The notes under the pieces were generated by a model that saw nothing but the letters and a program-made list of their open reading frames with translations, did not search any database and was not told the origin of the DNA. Position numbers and translations under genes: made by a program. Positions 1-7,156 of a stretch of 64,000 nucleotides of DNA are shown piece by piece (within the stretch, counting starts at the first letter, position 1; every line of letters begins with the position of its first letter). Source of the DNA: a virus; IMG/VR virus record IMGVR_UViG_3300009159_000033. One strand, given 5' to 3'.

Positions 1-83
1 TTGTGATCTCCTTAGGTGCTATAGAGATCATCTATCAGCCACGCTGGTGCTTCGCTCCCTTGGATGCATAACAAGGGGTGCAT

Positions 84-269
84 ATGAGAATAATAAGATC
101 TATTCCGCCGTGGTCCAGAGCACAGCTCTGGACCAATGGTTGGACTTGTAGCACTTTTAGAACAGTCTACTGCGTGTATTCATGTAATAGAACAGTGATA
201 CAGCCTTGGTCAGTTAACTGGTCACATAGTGAAGTTATTTCCACTACAGCATGGAGGGAATACCGATGA
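84..269 (+). CDS. Array unit 1, 61 aa (MRIIRS...AWREYR)
   Basis: ATG at 84 after AAGGGGTG; TGA overlaps the next ATG. Confidence 0.75.
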   Translation: MRIIRSIPPWSRAQLWTNGWTCSTFRTVYCVYSCNRTVIQPWSVNWSHSEVISTTAWREYR

Positions 270-475
270 TAAGAAGAAGTATAGATTTTGCGGGGTCTGA
301 GTCTTGGGCCGAGAATTTTAATACATCTATTTGGATGCCATTTGCACCTCAATATGTGGCTGTGGCTTGGTCTCAAAATTATGCTAAATCTTGGTCTGGG
401 ATTGGGTCTTGGGCTAGGTCTGGTGCTTGGGTTAAAAATAGAATTGAATCTTGGCATTGGAGGGATAACTTATGA
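266..475 (+). CDS. Array unit 2, 69 aa (MIRRSIDF...HWRDNL)
   Basis: GGAGGG upstream; ATGA overlaps at both ends; 8 Trp. Confidence 0.85.
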   Translation: MIRRSIDFAGSESWAENFNTSIWMPFAPQYVAVAWSQNYAKSWSGIGSWARSGAWVKNRIESWHWRDNL

Positions 476-624
476 TAAGAAAAACAATATATTCTCAAAC
501 TTATTCTTGGGCTTTGTCTTACCCTACAGCTTGTCACTGGATGTTTACTTTTAAAAGCTGGTCTAGGTCTTGGATATGGAAAAAGCATTGTCCTAAGTCT
601 AAATCTTGGAGAAATAACTTATGA
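472..624 (+). CDS. Array unit 3, 50 aa (MIRKTIYSQ...SWRNNL)
   Basis: Translated by hand (absent from the ORF track); open from junction to junction. Confidence 0.85.
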   Translation: MIRKTIYSQTYSWALSYPTACHWMFTFKSWSRSWIWKKHCPKSKSWRNNL

Positions 625-854
625 TAAGAAAAATATCATATAGAGGGTCATACTCTTGGAGAGGTGCTATGGATAAGCCTTGGGGCGAAACTGAATCTGC
701 AGCTTGGTCAGATTCTAGGTACAGATTTGGAAATTGGAGTTTAACTAGGGCTTGGGCAAAGTCTTGGTCTTCTTTTTCTTCTTGGGGTTGGGTTTGGTCG
801 GCGACAGCTGTTATGTCTTCACCTACATCCGAGTCATGGGGAGAAGACACATGA
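621..854 (+). CDS. Array unit 4, 77 aa (MIRKISYR...SWGEDT)
   Basis: ORF track; ATGA overlaps. Confidence 0.85.
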   Translation: MIRKISYRGSYSWRGAMDKPWGETESAAWSDSRYRFGNWSLTRAWAKSWSSFSSWGWVWSATAVMSSPTSESWGEDT

Positions 855-1051
855 TAAGAAAAGTATTGGCAAATTCTCAAACTGAAGCTTGGTCCATAGG
901 TCTTTCTTGGTGCCATCATCACTCTTGGGCTGCGCCTTGGAGTTGGAACTGGCATTTAAGTCAAACTTACACTAAGTGCTGGCCTCAAGCTAGACTGCGT
1001 TCTAAATTCGTAGTCGATTCCACCCCTAGATCTTGGAAGCACCACATATGA
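851..1051 (+). CDS. Array unit 5, 66 aa (MIRKVLAN...SWKHHI)
   Basis: Internal ATG of track ORF 752..1051 at the conserved junction. Confidence 0.85.
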   Translation: MIRKVLANSQTEAWSIGLSWCHHHSWAAPWSWNWHLSQTYTKCWPQARLRSKFVVDSTPRSWKHHI

Positions 1052-1230
1052 TAAAACGAACAATGAGAGAACCTGAAAAACTATCTCGTAACTGGGCTGG
1101 GTCTGTGTACTGGTCTGCGTCTTTGTTATCCGGTTCTGGATCTCTAGGCTGGCCCGGACGCTGGCATTACAGCTATGCGTGGAAATCTAGAAACTGGACC
1201 CTAGCTATTCTGCGAATAGGATGGAGATAA
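1048..1230 (+). CDS. Array unit 6, 60 aa (MIKRTMRE...IGWR)
   Basis: ATGA overlap at start; ends in TAA, 1 nt before the next ATG. Confidence 0.8.
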   Translation: MIKRTMREPEKLSRNWAGSVYWSASLLSGSGSLGWPGRWHYSYAWKSRNWTLAILRIGWR

Positions 1231-1231
1231 C

Positions 1232-1408
1232 ATGATAAGAAAAACATTAATAACTCCTAGATCAAGAGATTGGTCAGACTTGTTTTTATGGGGAACTTGC
1301 TTTACACGGAACTGGCACAGAGCCACCGCTACGCCTTCCGGAAAAGCTTGGTCCTACTTGTGGGTCTTTCCAAAACTCAGATCTAATTCTTGGAGTTCTT
1401 TCCGATGA
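1232..1408 (+). CDS. Array unit 7, 58 aa (MIRKTLIT...SWSSFR)
   Basis: Translated by hand; open from junction to junction. Confidence 0.85.
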   Translation: MIRKTLITPRSRDWSDLFLWGTCFTRNWHRATATPSGKAWSYLWVFPKLRSNSWSSFR

Positions 1409-1587
1409 TAAGAAGAAAAGCTTTTGGCCAATCTTTCTCTTGGTCTTTAGATACGAACATGTCTTGGTGTTTGGCTAAATATAGACCTTGGCCTACATGG
1501 GCTCATCTTTGGACAGAAGAATGGCGTATTGGCGGGTCTTGGGCTGAGGACAATATAGAATCTTCCTCTTGGAAAGGAGATATATGA
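1405..1587 (+). CDS. Array unit 8, 60 aa (MIRRKAFG...SWKGDI)
   Basis: ATGA overlaps; GGAG upstream. Confidence 0.85.
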   Translation: MIRRKAFGQSFSWSLDTNMSWCLAKYRPWPTWAHLWTEEWRIGGSWAEDNIESSSWKGDI

Positions 1588-1757
1588 TAAGAAAGCTAGC
1601 ACGGCCTAGAACTATAGCTTGGGCGGGATTTACGTGCAAGTCTGGGTGTTCTGAGAATTGGAGTTGGGTGTGCGAGGTTTGGCGTAGGTCCGACAATTAC
1701 TCTGTATGTTGGACTAAGTTTGGGTGTTGTTCTTGGGTATGGAGGAATAACACATGA
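1584..1757 (+). CDS. Array unit 9, 57 aa, 6 Cys (MIRKLARP...VWRNNT)
   Basis: ATGA overlaps; GGAAAGGAG upstream. Confidence 0.85.
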   Translation: MIRKLARPRTIAWAGFTCKSGCSENWSWVCEVWRRSDNYSVCWTKFGCCSWVWRNNT

Positions 1758-1930
1758 TAAGAAAAATGCGACCTGATTCTGGGGCTATGTCCCTTTCTTG
1801 GCATTGCTCTGCGTTTAGGTCTAAGTCTTGGGCTGAGTCTTGGCCCGGGATTAGGTCTTGGTCTTCGTTTATGATTTGGTCCTGGTCTTGGCACTGGGCT
1901 AGCTCTAGATCTTGGAAAGGACATATATGA
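1754..1930 (+). CDS. Array unit 10, 58 aa (MIRKMRPD...SWKGHI)
   Basis: Translated by hand; GGAGGA upstream; 9 Trp. Confidence 0.85.
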   Translation: MIRKMRPDSGAMSLSWHCSAFRSKSWAESWPGIRSWSSFMIWSWSWHWASSRSWKGHI

Positions 1931-2091
1931 TAAGAAAAATATGGTCTGGGTCTGGGTCTGAGTCTGGGTCTTGGTCTGAGTCTGGGGCTGAGTCTGGGTC
2001 TTGGCCTAGGTCTGGGTCTTGGTCTTGGCCTTGGTCTGTGCCTTGGTTTTGGTCTGGGTCTTGGTCTAAATCTTGGAAAGGGCGTATATGA
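1927..2091 (+). CDS. Array unit 11, 54 aa, near-pure (Ser-X)n repeat (MIRKIWSGSGSESGSW...SWKGRI)
   Basis: Translated by hand; TCT-NGG/GAG hexamer repeat; 10 Trp. Confidence 0.8.
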   Translation: MIRKIWSGSGSESGSWSESGAESGSWPRSGSWSWPWSVPWFWSGSWSKSWKGRI

Positions 2092-2279
2092 TAAGAAAAA
2101 CTTTAGCTATGGGAGGTTGTGCTTGGTCTACATCTCAACCTTCCGCTAGTGTTGACAATACAGACTTCGATATGCGAGAGCGTAGTGTTATTAATTTTTG
2201 TTGGACTAGGCTTCGTTGGAAATCTGTTAGCGGTCAAGATGGTGAAATTACTTCTTATTCTTGGAGCACCAGCACATGA
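2088..2279 (+). CDS. Array unit 12, 63 aa (MIRKTLAM...SWSTST)
   Basis: ATGA overlaps. Confidence 0.85.
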   Translation: MIRKTLAMGGCAWSTSQPSASVDNTDFDMRERSVINFCWTRLRWKSVSGQDGEITSYSWSTST

Positions 2280-2452
2280 TAAGAAAAACAAAATGTTTTG
2301 CTGCTACGACTTTTTCTCGGGATTGTGCTAGATCTTGGGATTGGACAGAAGAATGGCGTGAGTCTTGGTCTTGGTCTATGTCTAATTATGATTCTGGGTC
2401 TTGGACTAATACTTGGGTAAAGGCTAGGTGCTGGGGAAGGAATTCTCAATGA
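2276..2452 (+). CDS. Array unit 13, 58 aa (MIRKTKCF...CWGRNSQ)
   Basis: ATGA overlaps. Confidence 0.85.
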   Translation: MIRKTKCFAATTFSRDCARSWDWTEEWRESWSWSMSNYDSGSWTNTWVKARCWGRNSQ

Positions 2453-2634
2453 TAAGAAAAACAAATGCAGTAATCATCTCTGATGTTTGGAATTGCCAAC
2501 AGAAATGTTCGTGGTTTAATCAATGGGATCATTACGATTTAAAATCAGGTAACTGGTTTCGTGAGCGCACCCATAGCGATTTTGGTAGTTCCATATGGTA
2601 CAACCGTTCCCACTCTTGGAGAACAAATCAATGA
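2449..2634 (+). CDS. Array unit 14, 61 aa (MIRKTNAV...SWRTNQ)
   Basis: ATGA overlaps. Confidence 0.85.
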   Translation: MIRKTNAVIISDVWNCQQKCSWFNQWDHYDLKSGNWFRERTHSDFGSSIWYNRSHSWRTNQ

Positions 2635-2810
2635 GAACGATAATATCGTCAACACGGTCTAAAAATTGGACGATAGAAATGAAAAGGTCTACAACATCAA
2701 CTAACCCTTGGTCGCTTTCTCTGCACAGTTGTGCTGCTTGCTGGTCTTTGTGTCGTCTATTCTCTGAAGCTATTTGGGTTCGATCAAAGAGTTGGAGAAC
2801 AGACGCATGA
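2631..2810 (+). CDS. Array unit 15, 59 aa (MRTIISS...SWRTDA)
   Basis: ATGA overlaps; variant start resembling unit 1. Confidence 0.8.
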   Translation: MRTIISSTRSKNWTIEMKRSTTSTNPWSLSLHSCAACWSLCRLFSEAIWVRSKSWRTDA

Positions 2811-3022
2811 TAAGAAAGGTAGCCAGAATACATGCTAAGACCGGATCTTGGGACAACAGTTATGTCTGGTCTTCGTGGGGTGGCACACTTGTTAAAGGGC
2901 CAGGTGTTCCATTCTTTGGAGGCTGGGGTTCTGGCCCTGCATTTTCTAAAGTCTGGGCGCATCGTCACCTATGGTCTGACTATGGGGTTGCACTCTGGCC
3001 GTCACCTAGAAGGAGGAGGTAA
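2807..3022 (+). CDS. Array unit 16, 71 aa (MIRKVARI...PSPRRRR)
   Basis: ATGA at start; TAATG overlap at end after AGGAGGAGG. Confidence 0.85.
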   Translation: MIRKVARIHAKTGSWDNSYVWSSWGGTLVKGPGVPFFGGWGSGPAFSKVWAHRHLWSDYGVALWPSPRRRR

Positions 3023-3207
3023 TGATAAGAAGAACTAACTCATTTCCAGGAGCTCAATCTAAGTCTTTTACAGAAGCTATAGTTTGGAGTTACTCTTATC
3101 CAAGAAATCATTCTTGGTCTGCAAGTTGGAGAGTTCTTGTAGCCACAAGTAGATCAGAATCTTGGTCTCTTGACTGGACTACTTATTGGAAAGGAATGTT
3201 CCAATGA
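3022..3207 (+). CDS. Array unit 17, 61 aa (MIRRTNSF...YWKGMFQ)
   Basis: ORF track; strong RBS. Confidence 0.85.
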   Translation: MIRRTNSFPGAQSKSFTEAIVWSYSYPRNHSWSASWRVLVATSRSESWSLDWTTYWKGMFQ

Positions 3208-3395
3208 TAAGAAGAATACGATCTGCAAATTGTTCATGGGATACTAAACTCCCTTCTAAAGGTTGGCATAGAAATAGGATTTGGTCGTTGAGTAATCTCA
3301 ATGCAATGTCAAAATCCAGATTTGTAAACAATGCGTATTCAGGTGTATGGGCTATTAATAGCTCTGCAACTGAAAATTGGTCACAACAATTCTAA
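3204..3395 (+). CDS. Array unit 18, 63 aa (MIRRIRSA...NWSQQF), last unit
   Basis: ATGA overlap at start; ends in TAA; followed by an unrelated gene. Confidence 0.85.
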   Translation: MIRRIRSANCSWDTKLPSKGWHRNRIWSLSNLNAMSKSRFVNNAYSGVWAINSSATENWSQQF

Positions 3396-3413
3396 CAAAG
3401 AAATGAGATTCTA

Positions 3414-3707
3414 ATGGAAACTAAATCGTTCAGTCATATACCTTTCTTCACCAAACCCGAACTACTAAAAGCCAACTTGTTGGCAATCAATAGAGGTTAC
3501 AACCGCACTCTTAGCCCAGAGCTGCTAGCAGAACTGCCAGAAGACTTCATATTCCCAGTAAGCTTCAGCATGATTCATGAACATGCTGCAGGCAACTCAG
3601 TAGATCCGCACATGCGTTGCATCATAATCACAGGGCACAACTGTAAAGGAGTATTCTTAGATTGCGATATGAACATCTTTAAACAAATTAAAGAAAGAAA
3701 GGACTAA
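3414..3707 (+). CDS. Hypothetical protein
   Basis: 97-aa ORF, tightly packed with neighbours. Confidence 0.75.
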   Translation: METKSFSHIPFFTKPELLKANLLAINRGYNRTLSPELLAELPEDFIFPVSFSMIHEHAAGNSVDPHMRCIIITGHNCKGVFLDCDMNIFKQIKERKD

Positions 3708-3709
3708 AG

Positions 3710-3991
3710 ATGAGACTAACGATTGCTGTTACGGCCTATGGTAACATTGACCACGGGCAAAACCCAGAGAAACCCATTTGCGGTGCATGGCTTAAAGCCG
3801 ACACCATTGAAGAAATGAGAGCAAAAGTTCGAAAATGGCAATATGATGAAAATGTGGGGGCGGGCAACTGGGCACCTGCCCCCCTTTGGTTAGGTGACAA
3901 GCGTGTAGGATATATGTCCTACAATGGAAAAGTTTGGAAAAATAAATTAAGCAAGTCAAAAGTCATCGAAGTACCTGACTGGAAACTCTAA
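3710..3991 (+). CDS. Hypothetical phage protein
   Basis: 93-aa ORF, AAGGA upstream. Confidence 0.75.
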   Translation: MRLTIAVTAYGNIDHGQNPEKPICGAWLKADTIEEMRAKVRKWQYDENVGAGNWAPAPLWLGDKRVGYMSYNGKVWKNKLSKSKVIEVPDWKL

Positions 3992-4006
3992 CAAAAGGAG
4001 CATAAA

Positions 4007-4234
4007 ATGAAGATTTTTACTACATATCAAAAAGCAGTAGGCAAATGTCCTAAATGCAAAAGATTCCCCAGATGGTTCAATGATGTACCACTAAGAGCAT
4101 TTTGTTGGGGGCCAACAAAGAAAGAACATGAAGAATGTTCAAGGGTAGTGCCAAGCCCAGAACAACCCTACGGCACTGCAAACAATACTCCATGGATTAT
4201 AAGAAAAGAATTTACAATAATGGAGGAAATATAG
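4007..4234 (+). CDS. Small hypothetical protein with CxxC (CPKC)
   Basis: AGGAG RBS; 75 aa. Confidence 0.7.
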   Translation: MKIFTTYQKAVGKCPKCKRFPRWFNDVPLRAFCWGPTKKEHEECSRVVPSPEQPYGTANNTPWIIRKEFTIMEEI

Positions 4235-4235
4235 C

Positions 4236-4427
4236 ATGACCTACATAGAAAAGCTAACCAGCGAAGACACAGGAGGCGGTGTCATGGTAGATGTAGTCCA
4301 TCTAAAGGATGGAAGATGTCTCGGCATTACAAACGAATGTGTAGTGCTATGCCCAGATTTCGAAGGTGTATTTACAGCCACTGCTGATTTTCCAGCAATC
4401 AATTTAATAGAAGGAAAAGTACCATGA
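4236..4427 (+). CDS. Hypothetical protein
   Basis: GGAGG RBS; ATGA overlap with the next gene. Confidence 0.7.
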   Translation: MTYIEKLTSEDTGGGVMVDVVHLKDGRCLGITNECVVLCPDFEGVFTATADFPAINLIEGKVP

Positions 4428-4624
4428 AGAAGAATGTATCAGCTAAAATCGGAGTTACGGAACCAACAATCCAAAAAACAATGAAGGTGCTGCTCTCTCC
4501 CGAGCAGCATGCCACTGTAACCTTTGCTGCAAACAGCAAAGGGATGCGTGTAGGAGCCTACATGCAAAAAGTAGTAATGGAACAAGCCACGAAAGATTTT
4601 AAAGAAAAAACTAAAGGAGAATAA
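4424..4624 (+). CDS. Small protein, possible ribbon-helix-helix DNA-binding domain
   Basis: MKVLLSPEQHATVTFAANSKGMRVGAYMQKVV resembles the RHH strand-helix-helix pattern by eye. Confidence 0.45.
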   Translation: MKKNVSAKIGVTEPTIQKTMKVLLSPEQHATVTFAANSKGMRVGAYMQKVVMEQATKDFKEKTKGE

Positions 4625-4626
4625 CT

Positions 4627-4926
4627 ATGACAGAAGAAAAAGAAGAAGAAAAAAGAGTAAAAATCAAATTGCAAGAAAATGTGTTACCAGACCGTTTTAT
4701 GTCCGTGCTGGAATACAAAAACATGGTAGGCAAAATGGAACGAAAAGTCGTTGCTGTTGCCGACTTAATAATCATGGCTAAATATGCTCTTGTAGATTTT
4801 GAGAAAATTCTAAAAGAGTATGAGTTTAGTGGAGAAAAGAAACCTTCAAGCTGGAAACATCCAGCTTGTCAAACAATTGAGCAACTCCGAATAGCAATTC
4901 AAAATGCTGCTTGGTGCTTTGTATGA
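4627..4926 (+). CDS. Hypothetical protein
   Basis: AAGGAG RBS; 99 aa. Confidence 0.7.
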   Translation: MTEEKEEEKRVKIKLQENVLPDRFMSVLEYKNMVGKMERKVVAVADLIIMAKYALVDFEKILKEYEFSGEKKPSSWKHPACQTIEQLRIAIQNAAWCFV

Positions 4927-4938
4927 AAGGTGGTTTAA

Positions 4939-5175
4939 ATGAAAGCAGTTCGATTCTTTAATCTAGGGTCTGGCGGTGGTGGTAGTCAAGAGTTCTGGGT
5001 CAACCCTGCGTTTGTCAAATCGTTCTGGGAAGAAAAGTCAAAGTACTCCACCGCAATTACTTGCATCGAAGTGTCGGGTCCTACTTATCCTAATGGACTT
5101 CTCTGGGTAAAAGAAACACCCAGAGAAGTGGCTAATTTGCTAAACACTCAAATAGGAGAAAAACATGAAGATTGA
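4939..5175 (+). CDS. Small protein, FlbD-like pattern
   Basis: WVNPAFVKSF...VKETPREVANLL resembles FlbD-family small proteins. Confidence 0.4.
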   Translation: MKAVRFFNLGSGGGGSQEFWVNPAFVKSFWEEKSKYSTAITCIEVSGPTYPNGLLWVKETPREVANLLNTQIGEKHED

Positions 5176-5569
5176 TGATGCAATTAAATCTCTAATAGAA
5201 GTGAAGAAAAGAGGTGTTAAGAACATCATCTTTGCTCACTGGGAAGCTGACTTGTTTGACGAAAAAGATGACAAGGATTGGGAAATCATCTGTGAGCACA
5301 TCGACAGCGAAATGGATTGGGGCAATGCTTATGACAACATTGTAAGAGTTATGGATCTAATGCCCACGACAACTGCAGAAAGTATTTACAGTAGGAACCA
5401 ACCTGTTATGGCTTCATTCTTCGATGATCCCAGATATGGGAAACAAAAGAAAGAGCCAGAGCTAGTTGACGATATCCTCAAAGCAATGATGCAAGCGGAA
5501 GGAGTTGACGAATTCCCAAAGAAGATTGAAGACTCTATTCGTGAGCAAATTATTGATGGGTTAACTTAA
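5165..5569 (+). CDS. Hypothetical acidic protein
   Basis: AGGAG RBS; 134 aa. Confidence 0.75.
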   Translation: MKIDDAIKSLIEVKKRGVKNIIFAHWEADLFDEKDDKDWEIICEHIDSEMDWGNAYDNIVRVMDLMPTTTAESIYSRNQPVMASFFDDPRYGKQKKEPELVDDILKAMMQAEGVDEFPKKIEDSIREQIIDGLT

Positions 5570-5588
5570 ATAAAGTACATAATGTAGG

Positions 5589-5625
5589 TAGCCACAAGCT
5601 TAGTTCATTGCTAAACTTGTGGCTA
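5589..5625. promoter_or_regulatory. Intergenic inverted repeat related to the 7161/7596 hairpins
   Basis: TAGCCACAAG...CTTGTGGCTA, 10-bp perfect outer stem sharing the CACAAG/CTTGTG core. Confidence 0.6.
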
Positions 5626-5651
5626 AATGTTTTTTAACTCACAGGTGCTAA

Positions 5652-5963
5652 ATGGAACTACACGGCGGGCCGGTCAAACGTAAACGAAGAAAACCCCCAG
5701 ATCAACTCTGGGTGCAATTCATGTCTGACGACGAAAAAGAGAAAGACAGAATTGAACAATGTCAAACTATCTCGTTGTCAGATGTTGGACTGCCTGTCCG
5801 TGTAGCTAACACGCTAGAAAACTATGGGCTATTGACTGTAGGGGATCTAGCTAAGCTAACTGTGGAAGACTTAGAAAGCATTCAAAATCTTGGAGAAGTT
5901 ACTATTGCACGCTGCACTAAGCTGTTAGATGAAATGCAGATACCCCATCGCCTTGGAGAATAA
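5652..5963 (+). CDS. Stand-alone RNA polymerase alpha subunit C-terminal domain protein
   Basis: LSDVGLPVRVANTLENYGLLTVGDLAKLTVEDLESIQNLGEVT matches the alpha-CTD helix-hairpin-helix consensus. Confidence 0.8.
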   Translation: MELHGGPVKRKRRKPPDQLWVQFMSDDEKEKDRIEQCQTISLSDVGLPVRVANTLENYGLLTVGDLAKLTVEDLESIQNLGEVTIARCTKLLDEMQIPHRLGE

Positions 5964-5973
5964 GGAAATACAC

Positions 5974-6744
5974 ATGAGCGAAATCTTAGTAGTAATTCCC
6001 ACTATCTTTAAAAACTCTTTTAAAGACAACCTATTAGATCAGCTGTGTGGTGACTCTTTAGTCAAACAAGTAGTAGTAGTAGATAATGGAAACTGTTTTG
6101 AGATACCTCCAGAAAAACAACAAGCATGGGCTAAAGTGCAACGTGTAGAAGCTGGCTGCAACTTAAACTGGCTTACCTCTTGTAACCTTGGAGCTGCTAT
6201 CACAATAGCACAACAAATTCCCTATGTCTGCTTCTTGAACGATGATGTTAAACTTTCAAATCCGTTTTTTAAAGAAATGTTAAAAACTTTTACTAACTGT
6301 AAAGATGCAGCAGTTGTAGTACCTAGGTATACTGGGTATTGTCCTACTGCAAAAGAACTTCGTAACGAAGCAGACTGGAAACCAGAGGAAAAAGAAAAAG
6401 TAGTAGGTTATGTAGATGGAACTTGCATGTTAATATCTTTGCAAACGCTTCAAACTATAGGGTTACTAGATCCAAGCTTTCAACCACCTGGCTGGGGAGC
6501 AGATCAAGATTATTCCTACAGAGTCAAATGCAAAGGCAAATCACTTTATGTTAGTTATCGTGCCATGCTTTGGCATGGAGAAGAAAACAAAGAAAAAGAT
6601 AACCGAGTTTATGGCGGCACTTCTGCTACAAAATTATATGGAAGTAAAGCTAATTGGCTATCTGCAGGCTGCCGACAAATGAATCATGATATGGATAAAA
6701 AGTATGGTAAAGACTGGAAAAGAATTCTTGAAATACAAGAATAA
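5974..6744 (+). CDS. Glycosyltransferase family 2 (GT-A fold)
   Basis: VVIPT, VVDNG, FLNDD (DxD-like), DGTCMLI, GADQDY. Confidence 0.8.
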   Translation: MSEILVVIPTIFKNSFKDNLLDQLCGDSLVKQVVVVDNGNCFEIPPEKQQAWAKVQRVEAGCNLNWLTSCNLGAAITIAQQIPYVCFLNDDVKLSNPFFKEMLKTFTNCKDAAVVVPRYTGYCPTAKELRNEADWKPEEKEKVVGYVDGTCMLISLQTLQTIGLLDPSFQPPGWGADQDYSYRVKCKGKSLYVSYRAMLWHGEENKEKDNRVYGGTSATKLYGSKANWLSAGCRQMNHDMDKKYGKDWKRILEIQE

Positions 6745-6766
6745 AACTAAAAGAAAGGAAAACATA

Positions 6767-7117
6767 ATGCGGAAAGACTACACAAAAGGTTTTAACAAAG
6801 GTAAGCAAAAGATTTGTCAGTATATCAAACAGCTTGGTAGTGTTTGTGACATAGACATACAAAAGGCGACAGGGCTAACTAAAGCAACGGTATTAATATA
6901 TCGGAGTCAGTTAGTTCAAGCAGGGATAATTGAAAGGCATATGTCTACAATTAGAGCGGGTAAAACCAGACCTGCATGGAGAATGAAAGCAGATATACCT
7001 AAGTTGGCAGTAATTACCGCCAAAGTTAAAACCCAACCTAAATCAGAAATTCAAACAAGTATAAAGCTACTTCATCAAATTCTTAATTTAATTGAAAAAG
7101 AAATTTTAAAACTGTAG
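6767..7117 (+). CDS. Winged-helix DNA-binding protein
   Basis: DIQKATGLTKATVLIYRSQLVQAGIIER wHTH pattern; start moved to the ATG after AGAAAGGA. Confidence 0.6.
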   Translation: MRKDYTKGFNKGKQKICQYIKQLGSVCDIDIQKATGLTKATVLIYRSQLVQAGIIERHMSTIRAGKTRPAWRMKADIPKLAVITAKVKTQPKSEIQTSIKLLHQILNLIEKEILKL

Positions 7118-7142
7118 ACATTGATACATATCGTCCTACAAT
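7115..7142 (+). promoter_or_regulatory. Candidate sigma70-like promoter
   Basis: TAGACA-N16-TACAAT; same architecture as 51696-51723. Confidence 0.45.
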
Positions 7143-7156
7143 ATGTATCAATAACC

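Larger units (their letters stand above)
84..3395 (+). repeat. Tandem array of 18 coupled Ser/Trp-rich small ORFs with a conserved junction (TGG-N11-ATGATAAGAA)
   Basis: Starts at 84, 266, 472, 621, 851, 1048, 1232, 1405, 1584, 1754, 1927, 2088, 2276, 2449, 2631, 2807, 3022, 3204. 15 junctions are ATGA stop/start overlaps, one is TAATG and one has a 1-nt gap. 15 of 18 peptides begin MIR(K/R). Confidence 0.93.

Noticed and set aside
1-83. A further array unit upstream of position 84
   Set aside because: The frame ending at the ATGA overlap has stops within the first 24 nt, and another frame ends at 71. It cannot be resolved at the window edge.
851-2091. RiPP precursor call (WNW and WSKSW resemble the darobactin core WNWSKSF)
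   Set aside because: Shared leader is only about 4 residues, no radical SAM, YcaO or Lan enzyme is visible, and such matches are expected in S/W-rich sequence. Kept only as an untested hypothesis.
167-2464. Minus-strand Pro/Arg-rich ORFs (PRPRP) and alternate-frame Leu/Gly ORFs (LGLGL) over the array
   Set aside because: They are shadows of the TCTTGG/TCTAGG hexamer; they lack RBSs and do not respect the junction register.
266-3213. ATGATAA as a box C motif for the Nop-like protein
   Set aside because: No regularly placed CTGA box D, unit length is far above C/D or TIGR guides, and the motif is fully explained as start plus double stop.
84-3395. CRISPR array or attC-type integron cassette array
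   Set aside because: The conserved part is short and degenerate with no palindrome, the variable parts are 150-230 bp open reading frames, and no cas1/2 or integrase is present in the window.
84-3395. Diversity-generating retroelement
   Set aside because: No reverse transcriptase in the window, no template/variable pair, and differences are not confined to adenine positions.
84-3395. TGA recoded as Trp, fusing the array into one protein
   Set aside because: Successive units are in different frames and TGA is immediately followed by TAA; TGA also ends ordinary genes elsewhere in the window.
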